DNA of 64,000 nucleotides from the human T2T-CHM13v2.0 reference genome, Homo sapiens, in assembly GCF_009914755.1 (NCBI RefSeq), contig NC_060934.1; one strand, 5' to 3'. A program made the translations under genes and the position numbers. The notes under the pieces are model-generated. The model was given only the letters and a program-made list of their open reading frames with translations. It had not been told where the DNA came from and searched no databases. Position 1 is the stretch's first letter; every line of letters starts with the position of its first letter. Positions 1 to 14,028 of this stretch are shown piece after piece.

Positions 1-320
1 TTAGCCTCATTTCCTGCCATAGAACAACTCCTGCAACTGCATACCACCCTCACCCCAGAGCCTCAGGGCACCTGGCTTCTCCTGCTCTGTAGGCCTATAT
101 GGAGGCCCATTGACCAGGTCTCAATTATGTAACATCTGGCCTAATTAAACGTGTACTGTTTACCTTTATTCATGCAATTGCCATTGAAAGAGTAGGATTT
201 GGGATTGGGGTGATCTGGGTGATCTAATATTGCAAGTTATTATGTCCTAACTTGGAGTCAGTGTACAAGAAACAATGATCAGAGTTCAGAAGACAGTGGG
301 TATTTCAGTATGCATATTCA

Positions 321-725
<405 letters not shown>

Positions 726-1289
726 TTAAACATCGGTTGATTGAGTTTTTTTCATTGTTTGTTTGGTTTTTGCATAAAGAAATGTTTGATATCACATTTG
801 TCTTGTCCGTGTTTCTTGTGACAGGCCCCAGCACTAGTGTGGCAATCCTCAACTGCAGGCTTCTGAGGACAGAACTGTGTGCTGCCTGCTTCACTCTCTC
901 TCCAAGCTCCTTTTGCAATGCAAAATAAGGTGTTTAATAAATGATGAGGCTGGTGAAGGTGGTCTGCAGTGACAGCCTTCATATTTAATTCACTACACCC
1001 TCATTCTTTCCTATTCTTTAGAAGTACTGTTGGGACCTTCAAATCTCATAAATATTCTACTGCCCTCCTCCCCCTCCTCCTCCCTCCTCTCCAGAAAAAT
1101 TCCATCTGTGCAAATCCCATTTTGTTCCAAGGGTGATAATCTTCAGGGAAACTTATGGAATGTGATGGGTTTACTGGAGTTCCTGGGTGACAGGCCCCCA
1201 AGAACCCCCTTCAGTTCTGCAGAGCTTACTGTAGAGATGACATCAATGTCCCCTGGCCATCTGGAATGAACTGAGTGTGAGGTGGAGAG

Positions 1290-1365
1290 AGTGTGGGCTT
1301 TGAAGTGTCTCCCACCTGATTTGAATCCCACCCCTGCCGTTGACTGGTTGTGCGACATTGGGTCT
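1290..1365 (+). mobile_element. MIR fragment
   Basis: GGCTTTGAAG..CCTGATTTGAATCCCACC..GACTGGTTGTGCGAC resembles the MIR 5' part. Confidence 0.5.
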
Positions 1366-2336
1366 CAGTTCAGATCTTGTTCACTTGTGTTCTGTAGTGG
1401 ATCCTGGCATCTGTTGCTCCATCTGCCTGCCACAGTTTCCCATCCCTCTTCCTCTGGTTTTGATTCCTTGAGGGGAATTCCTCATCCACCTCACATGGTC
1501 CTACTGTGGCTATCAGTCATGGAATCACAAAGGGATCTTCCTCACTCACTGGAGTGGGCAGGTGACCCAAAGCGCTCCATTGCACTGGCCCCACTCACTG
1601 TGCGAGGGAGGAGCCTCATTCTCAAGCAACCCCAGTTAGCATTTCTCCTGGGACTAGTGCATGGAGAGAAACAATCCCTTTTGCACATGGGCTGCCTAGA
1701 AAGAATGTGAGTCTGGGGCTTCGGGCATCTGTTCTGTTTGACATGTGGCAATATCCTTTGAGAATGAAGAAAAACAGACAAGCAGCCTGAGAGCTAGGGC
1801 GGGGGACAGAGGCTTGGCCACATGGCTTCCACCCTTGCATGCAGTGGGCCTGGAGTCAGCACCACCCCTGACTTCCCAAGGACAGAAGCCAGCACTTCCC
1901 CTTTTTGTTTCAGCAACTTTGGGTTGGGTTTCTGTCACATGCACTTAAAAGAGTTTGAATACAAATACCTTTATCATCCTCTAGTTTTTAAAACACATTA
2001 CATTTTATAAGCAATATATAAATTCATAATTACAGACATTCAGGCATCTTAGTTTTTCCTTAGAAGACCAAGTACTCAGAGGAGGGCTCCATGCTTCCCC
2101 ACCTCTGCCCAACTGGACTCTCCCTTGCAAAACATGTGTCACCACTGACAGCTGTTTGGGGTATAAACTTCTAGCCCTTTTTCTGGTATTTCTATCTGTA
2201 TGTTTGTATACATGCATAGATAGTTTGTTTTATTTTTTAGCATATACTGTAGGTTATTACATGTATTCTTCTATAACTTTTTTAGTTTTTTTTTTTTGAG
2301 ATCTTTGATGTTAATACATATAATTCTACTCCATTC

Positions 2337-2643
2337 TTTTTTTTTTTTTCTTTTTTTTTTTTTTAGTCTCACTCTGTTGCCCAGGCTGGAATGTAGTGGT
2401 GTGATCTCTACTCACTACAACATCCGCCTCCGAGGTTCAAGCTATTCTTCTGCCTCAGCTTCCCAAGTAGCTGGGATTACAGGCACCCGCCACAATGCCC
2501 GGCTAATTTTTGAATTTTTTTTTAGTAGAGACAGGGTTTCACCATGTTGGCCAGGCTGGTCTTGACCTCCTGACTTCAAGTTATCCACCCATCTCGGCCT
2601 CCCAAAGTGTTGGGATTACAGGCATAAGCCACCATACCCAGCC
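2337..2643 (-). mobile_element. Alu SINE, AluS
   Basis: Poly-T followed by reverse-complement Alu; TSD TAATTCTACT(C/T)C(A/T)TTCT at 2321 and 2644. Confidence 0.95.
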
Positions 2644-2659
2644 TAATTCTACTTCTTTC

Positions 2660-3460
2660 TTATTAAAGACTTCACAGATTTGATAGCATAGTTAATCTGC
2701 TTAAATAATACGCTGTTGATGGACATTGAGTTATTATTGTCCTGTCTTTTTCTGTAGAGGGAAAGTTTGTGTTTGTTTTCCTACATACATTTGGAGACAT
2801 ATCTGTAGGTAGAGTCTTCTAATAGAATGGCTGAGTTGCAGAGCATGTATGTGACACATTTTGGTAGATTCTGCCAAATGGTGTTCCAAAAAGGCTTTTC
2901 GGATTCAGACTCCCACCTGCAGAGCAGGAAATATTTGTTTTCCCACATCCTCACCAACACCGAAGGTGAGCCTGTTTCAGTTTTCCTAGTCTTGAAAATG
3001 AAAACACATGAGATTGTTGTTGCTGTTCATTCCTCTGAACACTGGCAGAGTGGGCACCCTTCACAGAGGTCTTGGTCTCTTGCATTTCCCCTTCCATTAA
3101 TTGATACTCATTGATTTCACTTTCTAAACATGTGATTGTGTGTCCTTCTTATTGACTTGACAAATTCCTAATTCCTAACAGGTCTCACTGCCATGCTATT
3201 GATGTTGTAAATATTGCTTTTGGTTTTGTTTATAAATGGGTTTTATTTTGTTTTTGTTTTTGTCTCGCGGGTATATGTATGTATAGTTTTAGGTTTTGTT
3301 TTTGTTTTTCTTTAATCAGGCCAACATTTTCAATTTTTATGACTTTGAACCTGTTCATCTTTTTCTTTATGGCTTCTGAGTTTTGTGTCTTTCTTGGGAA
3401 GACCTTTCCCATCCCAGATTACAAAGAGTTTCTCCTATGTGTATTTTTTATTAAAGTTAG
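2660..3460 (-). mobile_element. Old L1M (L1MD/L1ME-type) 3' region fragments
   Basis: CTGTTGATGGACATT, GAATGGCTGAGTTGCAGAG, TTCCCACATCCTCACCAACAC motifs typical of antisense L1M 3' end; probably continues left of the Alu (~1950-2330). Confidence 0.65.
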
Positions 3461-3479
3461 AGATTTCATCCAGTATTGT

Positions 3480-3570
3480 CATCTTTGTCTTAGTTTCTTC
3501 ATCTGTAAACAAGGATTGTAATATGTGCCTCTTAAGGATTCAATGAGATAATGTGTGTAAAGCATTCCTC
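3480..3570 (+). mobile_element. MIR core
   Basis: CTTAGTTTCTTCATCTGTAAAC..ATGAGATAATGTGTGTAAAGCA. Confidence 0.75.
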
Positions 3571-3586
3571 CTCCTTCTCCCACCTC

Positions 3587-3930
3587 TGTCTTATTCTGTT
3601 TGGGCTGTTTTATTGGGTAGCTTAAATAAACATTTATTTTTAACGGCTCTGGAGGCTGGGGCATCCAAGATCAAGGCACCAGCAAATTTGATGTCTGGTG
3701 AGGGACAGCTTCCTGGTTCTTGGAGACGCCTTCTTGCTGTACCCTCCTATGGCAAGAGGGGTGAAGGAGCGCCCTGGCGGTGATCTTTTTTATAAGGGCA
3801 CTAATCCCAGTTATGAGGGCTCTGTCCTAGTGACCTAATCACCTCCTAAAGCCCTCAACTCCTGATACCATCACAATGCAGGTGAGATGCCAACATATGG
3901 GTTTTGGGAGAACTCCAATGTTCAGTCCAC
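3587..3930 (-). mobile_element. MaLR solo LTR (MLT1A0-like)
   Basis: Reverse complement reads GGACTGAAC..CATATGTTG..GGGATTAGTGCCCTTATAAAA, matching the MLT1A/A0 pattern. Confidence 0.8.
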
Positions 3931-4199
3931 CCTCCCACCTTTCCAGTCACTGCACTGACAAGCTTGCTTCATTCCTAGTGGAGTCCTCAGGGCTGTTTCT
4001 TTGATGCCAAGGAGGTTGGCACAATGTCTGGGAATCCTGTGTCCACCCGGCCACCAGCAGGGGACTAGCTGCTTCCTGGGAGTGCTCAGGCCCTCACACC
4101 ACCTTTGCTCTCCTGGAAAGTGACATTCTTCTATCTACTTTCTAGTCCACATTTTGCAGTGCAACCGCGGGACTGGAACATAGCCATGGGCCAGAAGTC

Positions 4200-5060
4200 T
4201 TGGCATCATCCTGGACTCTCATCTTTCTTTTCTCCCCACATCCAGTCCATCAGCAGATCCTCTCAGCTCTACCTTAAGACACAGTCAGAATCACTTCTCC
4301 ACCCCTCCTCTGCTACCACCTGGGCCAGGCCACATGGCCTCCCACTTGGATCCCTGCAGTGCCTGTCCCACCCTGCCCCTGCAGCCTGATCTCCTAACCC
4401 TCATCCTTGCAGTGTCCATCCCACCCTGCCCCTGCAGCCTGCTCTCCTAACCCTCATCCCTGTGGTGCCCATCCCACCCTGCCCCTACAGCCTGCTCTCC
4501 CACAGCAGCTGGAGTGACCGTTGAAAATGCACATCCAGTCATTTCCCTCCTCTACTCAAAACCCTCCAGACCCTTCCCACATTATCAGAATAAAAGCCAG
4601 AGGTCCCACTATGGCCTGGCAGGCCCTCCATGGCCTTCACCTTCGTTTCCTCTCACTTCATTTCCCGTGCTCTCCCTGACATTTCTCTCACTGGCTACCT
4701 TGCTCTTCCTCAGGTATGACCTTCGCTCCCTGCTGCCTGGAACCCTCTCCTTCTGGATTCTACAGGACTGGCTTCCTTATTTCCTGCAGGCACCTGCTCA
4801 GTTGCCGCCACATGGAGAGGCCTTCCCTGGCCCTATCTCAAGCACCCCGTAATCCCTTTTCACTCTCTGTCCCCCTTTCCTTCCTCAGTCTTCCTCAGCA
4901 CTAAGCATTGCCTGACACATTATACATTTACTTGTCCTCTACTGGAATGTCATTTCCATGAGGAGAGAGACTTTTTCTTGTTCCCTGCTGAGTCAATCTC
5001 CATCCCTAGAGCAATGCCTGCCATATGGCAGCCCCTCACCTGTTTGTTAAATGAATATGA
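4200..5060 (+). mobile_element. L2 LINE 3' fragment
   Basis: CACATCCAGTCCATCAGCAGATCC.., CAGAATAAAAGCCAGA, terminal TGCCTG..TTTGTTAAATGAATATGAA. Confidence 0.75.
4350..4500 (+). repeat. 53-bp minisatellite, ~2.85 copies, inside L2
   Basis: Units start at 4350, 4403 and 4456 (ATCC(C/T)TG(CA/TG)GTG..TCCCACCCTGCCCCT(G/A)CAGCCTG). Confidence 0.9.
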
Positions 5061-5961
5061 AAATGTCGAACCTGGACTCTTTCTAATGAGGGCCCAGCCT
5101 GCTTTTAGAACCTTGGCTACCTTCCCTCCAGTGGGCCTCGGAGTGGGCAGTGTGAACATTTGCTCTTGTGAATGCCGTTTCCCATGGGCCTTGGTAAGTT
5201 CTGCCATGGAGGGACGGGACTGGTGAGTGTGCGCATGTCTGTCCATGTTTGGGTCTGTCCAGGCATCGTCCTCCCAGCAGTAAATCATCACTGCACTGAC
5301 CGTGCCTTTTCACATGACCACAGGGCAAATCAGCACGCTCTTCTGCAGCCTCCCTAATTGGTGTCATCTTCAAAAACAACCTGTGGCTTCCGACTGTGGT
5401 TCTGCTTGTGAAAGTGTCTCCCTATTTCTCATGGAACATCTTAATGTAGCTGGGTACTTGGATCTCTCTGCACCTTCTCATTTCACCAAGCTATAAAATG
5501 AAGGCCTATAAATAGGTGTGATAAGCAGATCAAGGCCATTTATTGCAGAACCTTCCTCCTCACCTCACCTACAGCCCGGAGCATGTGCATGCAGAGCAGG
5601 CAGTCTCTGGGGGGATGCATCCAAGACTTTGGGTATTAGAACAAGGCATACTGGGGTGTCAGGGGCAGAGATTTATCTCCTCTCCCAGTTGGAGAGGGGA
5701 GGGCTCCCTCCTTAGGCACCTGCTCCTTCTCCTTGTCTCTGCCCCTGCCTTTTCTCTGCCTTTGATTAATTTTTTGGAGGGGATGATGTAGTTTAGAGCA
5801 ATTAAGTTAATTGTCTTAGAAATCATGATTTCTTTTGATGCACTGTTTCCTCTATGGAAACTTCCTGACTCTTGGTTGCTGTCAGTGTTTAATTATGGTT
5901 GTCAGGCAAGATGATTTGAAATGATTAATGGGAAGACGTATTTCAAGAACAACAGCAGGCA

Positions 5962-6277
5962 TTTTTAAATTAATTTTTAAATAGACTTTATTTTTTAGAG
6001 AAGTTTTAAGTTCACAACAAAATTGAGAGGAAGGTACAGAGATTTCCCATCCACCCCCTCCCTCACACATGCACAACCTCCCCCATTATCAGCATCCCCC
6101 AGCAGAGTGGTACAGTTATTACAGTTGATGAACCTGCATGAAGCATTGTGATCACTCAGAGTCCGTAGTTTACAGTGGGGAGCATCCTTGGTGTTGTGTA
6201 TTCTGTGGGTTCGAACAAATGTGTAATGACATGTATCTACCATTATAATATCCTACAGAGTAGTTTCACTGCCCTAG
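5962..6277 (-). mobile_element. L1MC1/2-like 3' UTR fragment
   Basis: AGTTCACAACAAAATTGAGAGGAAGGTACAGAGATTTCCCAT..AGTTTCACTGCCCTA. Confidence 0.8.
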
Positions 6278-6541
6278 TGAAAATTAAAATTTAATTACAC
6301 AAATAATAGATGAATGCATGCTCCTTTAAAATATTAAAACATTACACATAAAGCTAAAGTCTCTTTTTTCCACCACTCTCAAACTCAGATCTTGCCCCAG
6401 AATTAGTCACTGTTATCAGCTTGTTTGTATGCTTCTATTTGTGCCCCAGGTAACCTTGGAGGATAGAGTGATGATACTAATTACATCTCTGATACCATTG
6501 ACAAAGGAGCTCTAGGGCTAGGACATATACTGGGGACTTCA

Positions 6542-6871
<330 letters not shown>

Positions 6872-6894
6872 CTATAAGGTAGGAGGTGGGTACT

Positions 6895-7520
6895 GTTTTG
6901 TTAATAACAGCTTTGATGAGATGTAAGTCACATATCATGAAATTCACCATTTAAAAATATACAAGTAAACGGTTATATATTCACAGAGCTGTAATTCATC
7001 ACCACTAATTCCAGAATATTTTTATACCCCCAAAAGAAACTGCGTACCCATTAGCAGTCACTCCCCATCCCTTCCCTTTCCCCTTCCCTCATCCTCTGGC
7101 AACCACTAAACTATTTCCTGTCTGTGTGGATTTGCCTCATCTGGACATTTCATATAAATGGGATAATGTAGGAGTGGAATTGCTGGGTCATATGGTAACT
7201 TCAGATGTAACATTTTGAGGAGCATCCAAACTGTTTTCCAACGTGGCTACACCATTTTACACCAATGCCACTAACAATGAATGAGGATTCCAATTTTTCC
7301 ACATTCTTGCAGCACTTATTATCATCTTTTTGATTTCAGCCATTCTAGTGGATATGAAGGGGAAACTCATTGTGGTTTTGATTTGCATTTCCTTAGTGAC
7401 TAACAATGTTGAACATCTTCTCATGTGCTTAATGGCCATTTGCATGTCTTCTCTGGAGACACATCTATTCAAATCCTTTGCCTATTTTTAATTGGGTTAT
7501 GGGTCTTTATTGTTGAGGTT
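6895..7520 (-). mobile_element. L1MB7/8-like 3' fragment with an internal deletion near 7168
   Basis: ACAGCTTT..CATTAGCAGTCACTCCCC..GGAATTGCTGGGTCATATGGTAAC..TTGATTTGCATTTCC; the ORF-track peptide at 7257-7472 resembles the L1 ORF2 C-terminus. Confidence 0.85.
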
Positions 7521-7679
7521 TTTTAACCCTGTTGTACAGATGAGCACGGCCCTTCCTCTGTGGCAGTGCACAGGGAAGGCAGAATTATTGTGATTTTCAG
7601 TTCATATGAAATTCCTTAAGTGTTGGGCTTGAGTTTTACTTCAATTATAGGCTTATCTTTTCTTCCATGTCTAAATAAT

Positions 7680-7870
7680 AATAGTATTCATTTGTTAGTA
7701 GATGACAGACACTGTATTCTAAACACTCTACTATTCTAAACAACTCTGCAGAAACTGAGGCTCAGAAAGGTTACATTACTAGCCAAAAGTTACCGGGTAA
7801 GAGACCAAGCCAGGGTCCAAGTCAGGTCTATTGACTTCAGGGCTTGTATTCTGAAGTCAATACTTAGCCA
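7680..7870 (-). mobile_element. MIR
   Basis: GAAACTGAGGCTCAGAAAGGTTA core. Confidence 0.7.
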
Positions 7871-8911
7871 TCAAAAGAGACAAACAAATCCCGTCTGCCA
7901 GTGTGTGTGCAGAACCCGTTTGTCTCTGTGGCAGTGGTAAAACAAATGACCAAACAAAACAAAACTGATGCTGTGATGCTGGACCTTCAAGCTAGTGATG
8001 CTTCAGAATACACCACACCAGACTACCTGTAAAACATCTGCTCCAACAGGTTGCAGGCTGCTCAGGTTGAAATTGCTCCAAGCTGGGAGCTGCAGAACTG
8101 AAGTAGCCTTTCAGCAAAATTGTGACTTCTTTGTTGAGAGAGGAAGTCTGAAGATGTTTCCTGGGGCCTCACCTCTTACCTGCTATTTCCTGAGAGTGCT
8201 TCGTCAAGATTTTCTCAGTTCTGTTTCTGGAGACAGAGCAGGAACCATTGACTTGAATCACGTTAGCACTGTGAGTGGGGAGAAGCATTGACTCCCTGGC
8301 TTCTCCCCACAAAGAGTCACCTTGACAGGCCCAGTAATATCCCTGCAGCCATGGGCGTGCTGGGCCATATCGTTGCCCTGGTGGAGGTCTGGCACAAGAC
8401 TCAGGGAGGGGACATTCTTTCTCTGAAGCCAAAGCAGATGTTTTCACTTCATCTGGGGATGAATCATCTGGGGAATGAGAACAGTAGGCAAGGAAGGCAG
8501 GATCACCATTATCACAGGAGATGCTTTATCCGGCACCTACTGTAAGTGTACCAGGTTTCTTGAGGCAGTGCCTGGAAACCTTGATCCTGGTCTGCCTGCA
8601 TCCCCCTCAGGAACTTGACTGCTTGGGCTCTGACTGCATGCCTACCATGTGTCAGGTCTTCGAGGAGGAGTCCCAGTCCTCAAGGAGTTTAAAGTTTTGG
8701 GTAGAGAAACGTGTGGATTGCCAAGTTACTGCAAAGTGGACTGTGATAAACACTGTCACTGAGCTCTATTAAGCAAGTGACACCACTCCATGAACTTGGA
8801 TGATCATAGCTCTTTCCCATCTACACAGCAGGTTAATCATTCTCACCCTGTGTAATTCACAAGAATGACTCGGGAGTAAATGAGACCAAGAATGTGCCAG
8901 AGTTGAGTGTA

Positions 8912-9106
8912 CTAGTGGTGCTAACATTTTGGAATCAGAGATCCCTTTCAAAGGCTGATGAAAGCTTTGGACTTTCACCTCAGAAAAATTACTCTGGAGC
9001 GTGCGCTTATATGACTTTGCAAACAGTTTCAATTTCATGGTTTTTATGAACATCCTGAAACCCATCCATGGACCCTTGTGGGGGACCTGTAGGTCAATAA
9101 CGCCTG
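8912..9106. mobile_element. hAT-Charlie-type MITE relic
   Basis: GATCCCTTTCAAAGGCTGATGAAAGCT..GAAACCCATCCATGGACCC..AGGTCAATAACGCCTG. Confidence 0.5.
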
Positions 9107-10569
9107 TTTCGGTGCTTGTTCCCTGAAGGATGTTTTAAAAGTCCCAGATAAATTCACATTACTATTATTAGGAATCCTATGTTTCTCAGTTACTTCTATG
9201 TTAAAAATCTTTCTCCTAAACAATTATTTGCTAAATATCCCTTATAACTAGGTATTATTTAGATTGATGAACTTTAAGGATAAAGCAAAAGCAAGACAAT
9301 CTGATTGGCCAGATTTGTCTTCTGTTTTGTGTACATGTATAACATAAAATGGAAAACAATTGCAGAGGTGCAGGCTTTAAAAAAATACAGAAACAGAGCA
9401 CATCAACCTGGATTTTAGGTGTGACATCTTGCTTGGTTGTGTATTTCAGGGGCTGCAGAGCTCACAAAGCTATTGCGGGGAGGCAGCGTTAAATCTGTTG
9501 CTCTTGTAAAACCAATTGTATGGCATATAGCTGGGGTGGCGTGTGTATAGGAAGCTGAGAGCATTGGTCACGCCAGTTCTCTGAGACGGGAGGCAGGATT
9601 GACAGCCACAGCTTGGCCTCTGTGCTGGGGGTGGAATCTGCTGCGTGTGCAGCCTCCTTCCTGCCCCCCTCCCCCGACCCCATCCTGGCAGGCAGTGGTG
9701 CTGAGCAGATGGACCCCATCCCCATCTTGGGGGCAGATGTGCTGCTGACTGCCCCATCTGCCCACTCCTGCTTTACCTCTCCCTCTCTCTGGGCACCTGC
9801 CTCCTTGCTCCCCTGACGCAGCCCCTCTGCCGGCCTCTCCCTCTCAGTGGAATGTTCTGTCCCAGGAGGCATTGCATCACTGCTGACCAGCCTCCTGCTC
9901 CTGATGACTGGTTTGGCTCTGACCACGAAAGGGCTCAGGTTTGGGTTTCAGGGCTGCTGTGGGTGTCTCTGTCCTAGGTGGCCTGTCTCAGAGTTGGAGA
10001 TGGTAAGGTCATGATACCACCCAGCATCTCTACAGCATCATATTTTCTCCGTACTAGAGCACTTTCTAAGGTCTCCCCTATCCTCTCATGGCATGGGTTA
10101 CTGTTCCAAGCATCAGCAATGAGTGAGGCCCTCTATTCACTTGCCTGTCACTCTCAGGGTAGCAGATGGAGGCAGTATTACTCTGCACCCAATGAGAGTT
10201 TCACTGGTGCATAGCTTGGTGATTAACCCCAGTTCCTCTACCCACTGGATATGGGATCATGATCAAGTGATGGCCCTCTAAGCTACTCAGTGTCTTTGTC
10301 TGTGAGGTGGGACTAACACCCGCTTCTTTGGTTTTTGAGGATTAAATGACATTGTAGAAAAACTACAAAGTTTGGGGTCCTCAAAACCACTTCCACTTCT
10401 GATGCCAGTTGCAGGTTCAAGGGTCTCCAAGACCACATTCAGGTGTTAGAAAGTCCTACAGCACTTACTGAAAGTGGTTATAATCAAAGTTATGGTTTAT
10501 TGCAGGAAAAAGATACAAATTAAAATAAGCTGAGGGCAGGGGCCCACAGGGAATCTCACCTGAGCCTGT

Positions 10570-10905
<336 letters not shown>

Positions 10906-11124
10906 ATTAAGAAATTCCCCCTTTTATCTTTAGTTGACACATAATGTATGTGTTTCTGGGATACAGCATGGTATTTCAATATGTGTACATAATTCATTTT
11001 TTCAGTTTTTGGGTTTCTGATTCACGCACGGTTTATTCTGGTGTTTGGTGTCAGGTGTGGGCTGCAATTGTATCTTTTTCCAAATGACTCTCCAGTTGTC
11101 ACAATACTATTTATTAAAAAGTCC

Positions 11125-11156
11125 GTCTCAAAAAAAAAAAATAAAAAAAAAATAAA
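11125..11156 (+). mobile_element. Extremely 5'-truncated Alu (GTCTC + A tail)
   Basis: (TCC)GTCTC followed by an A-rich tail, between perfect TSDs TAAAAAGTCC (11115-11124, 11157-11166). Confidence 0.7.
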
Positions 11157-11361
11157 TAAAAAGTCCATCCTGTTCTCACAGATGTGAGACACTATCTCAA
11201 TTATATTTTAAATTTTGTATGTAGTTGGGTTGACTTTTAAACTTTCTATTCTGTTTTAGTTGTCTGGTTGTTTACTCATATGCAATGTTTTGATATAAAG
11301 AAGACCAAATCACTTCCCTCTTGGCTCTTATTTATAAGAGGCTTATCAGTTAATTTTGTAT

Positions 11362-11929
11362 ATTTTTCTTTTTTTAATTTTACTTTAGGTTCTGGGATAC
11401 ATGTGCTGAACGTGCAGGTTTGTTACATAGGTATACATGTGCTATGGTGGTTTGCTGCACTCATTAGCCCATCATCTAGGTTTTAAGCCCTGCATGCCTT
11501 AGGTATTTGTCCTAATGCTTTCCCTCCCCTTGTCCCCCATCCCTCAACAGGCCCCAGTGTGTGGTGTTCCCCTCCCTGTGTTCATGTGTTCTCATTGTTT
11601 AACTCCCACTTATGAGTGAGAACATGTGGTGTTTGGTTTTCTGTTCCTGTGTTAGTTTGCTGAGGATGATGGTTTCCAGCTTCATCCATGTCTCTGCAAA
11701 GGACATGAACTCATTCTTTTTTATGGCTGCATAGTATTTCACGGTATATATGTGCAACATTTTATTGATCCAGTCTATCATTGATGGGCATTTGGGTTGG
11801 TTCCAAGTCTTTGCTATTGTAAATAGTGCTGTAATAAACATACGTGTGCATGTGTCTTTATAGTAAAATGATTTATAATCCTTTAGGTATATACCCAGTA
11901 ATGGAATTGCTGGGTCAAATGCTATTTCT
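11362..11929 (-). mobile_element. L1PA7/8-like, 5'-truncated 3' end
   Basis: TCTGGGATACATGTG..TCTAGGTTTTAAGCCC..; ORF 11599-11841 matches the L1 ORF2p C-terminus (ALFTIAKTWNQPKCPS). Confidence 0.92.
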
Positions 11930-12892
11930 TGAGCCTAGTTTTTACTGGGGCTCACTCATGTAGCTGACAGCTGTGTGGCTGGCCTAGGTCTCCAGCCTCT
12001 CTGGAGATTGAGTTGATGCTGCATGGCCCAGGGCCCCTGCCATAAATCACGTTATTAGACTATCTGGGTAGCCCAAGGTCCCCACTCTTCTCAGGCAGTA
12101 CAATCTAAGGGTTTAGAGGTTACCTCTCAGAGTCCAGGAAAGGGAAAAAGCCACACTTTTTTTTTGGATAAGGTTGATTCTTTACTAGACAGGTAGACTT
12201 TGGTAGACTTTGGTAAATTGCTGTTAGTGCTCATTTTTATGCCTCAGGGTCAAGGTGAGGGGGAGTGACTTCAATTTTCTCTCTTTCTCCTTTCTCTGTA
12301 ATTATGTCTGTGGTCTTGGGAGGGTGTCATTCATTGTGCCTACTTGAAGTTATTATCAGGGTGTGTTTTTGCCCAATCATAATGCTTCTCTTTTGTGTGG
12401 TGCTCTCAACCTGTCAGGCTCACGTGTGCTTGTATTAAGCCTCACAACAACCCAAGGAGGTGGGTGGGCAGGTGTCATTATTCCAATTTTACAGGTGAGG
12501 CAGGTGATGTCATAGGAAGCTTGCTGAGTCGCCAGGTCTCAGGACTGACAGCAGGCTGTCCCTGGGTATCTTTCCACCTCCTCTGCTGACCCGCTGAGCG
12601 ATGCTGCTCTGTTTATGCACACAGCCTTGAACTAGTTGGGCCTGGGTTCAGATCTGGTCCCTGTCACACCCAGGCTGTGTGATCTTGGGCAGAATTTCTT
12701 CACTGCTCCCCTGCCCATAGGGTTGTTGTCAGAATCATGTGAACTGAAGCATGTAAAGTATAGGCTTTTAATACTGTTCGCCGAGACAGAATATTGGTTA
12801 CTGTTGCTGCAACCATGACAGCAATAATTTCTTCAAGCGTTCTGCTAGGTGTATAAGAAATTCAGAATGAGAAAGTATCTTGAATACAGAGA

Positions 12893-12961
12893 AGGCAATT
12901 TATGGCACAAGATTTAAGAACATGCCACTTAAACGCTCCCAATTTTAACCTCAATAATCCT
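12893..12961 (+). repeat. Diverged direct repeat, copy 1 (partner 14029-14101)
   Basis: TATGGCA..TTTAAGAACATGC..ATTTTAACCTCA(A/T)TAATCCT present in both copies. Confidence 0.75.
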
Positions 12962-13547
12962 TTTCACGTAACTACCAGGTAATTATTTAAATAGTCAATA
13001 AAATAATATGTGTTGTTCCCAAAGCTCTCTCCTGCGAGGGGTTGTCTCTTCCTTCAGGTCCTGGTGCCTGGGCTTCTCTTTTCTGCCCTTCCTGCCTCTC
13101 CTTCTCACCTAGTAAACCTTGCACTTTTTTCAAATCCCAACAACTTTCCAACTCCAGGTGAGGTTCACACCCTCTTATTTACCCTTTCCTTTGATGCATT
13201 GATCAACCCACAGTTTCACAATTATTTGACAGTTTGATTAATATCTATCTCTTCTTCTAGGCTATGAGCCGCAGGAGGGCAGAAGCTGAGATCGTATCTC
13301 CCAGATTTGGCAGCTGCTGCCACTTGCAGCTCAAACCTAAAAGTCAGGTGTGATCAGTTAGAGGCTCCAGGGGTGATTCCCAGCCGTCCGTCATCACTGT
13401 AGAGAACACTGGCCCTTGTACCCTGGCTGTAGCGCAGACAGGCCTGAGGGGAACCGCATCCACCTCCGCCCTAGATGCGATGTTGGAATGCTTGAGAGGC
13501 CCTCTCCTGACCCCCTCTGTCAGGAACATTAATGTCATTTCTTCCCC

Positions 13548-13847
13548 CTTTTATTTATTTATTTTTTGAGACGGAGTCTCACTCTTGTTGTTGCCCAGGC
13601 TGGAGTGCAACCTCGGCTCACTGCGACCTACGCCTCCCAGGTTCAAGTGATTCGCCTGCCTCAGCCTCCTGAGTAGCTGGGATTACAGGCATGCGCCACC
13701 ATGCCCGGCTAATTTTTTTGTATTTTTAATAGAGATGGGGTTTCTCCATGTTGGTTAGGCTGGTCTCAAACTCCCAACCTCAGGTGATCCACCCGCCTTG
13801 ACCTCCCACAGTGCTGGGATTACAGGTGTGAGCCACCGTGCTTGGCC
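13548..13847 (-). mobile_element. Alu SINE, AluSp-like
   Basis: GTTTCTCCATGTTGG, CCCAACCTCAGGTGATC diagnostics. Confidence 0.93.
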
Positions 13848-14028
13848 CTTCTCTTTTTTAAGACTAGTCCCAAGCACCAGGTGCTCATCTGCCTTGTTAG
13901 CTCTGCATGCTTCCTGGGAGAAGCAGACCCCTGGATAAATGACAGCAGCTAATTGGTTGCTTAGAACACATTCAAGATGGTTTCCTCGGACTTCTGTTCT
14001 CCTGACTGTGCATTAACATAGCAATGCC

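Noticed and set aside
4050-4068. CTCF-like motif CCAGCAGGGGAC
   Set aside because: Single imperfect match; cannot be supported without ChIP data.
11599-11841. ORF with L1 ORF2p similarity (also 7257-7472; ORF1-like 38248-38451)
   Set aside because: Truncated, degraded LINE-1 fragments rather than functional CDS.
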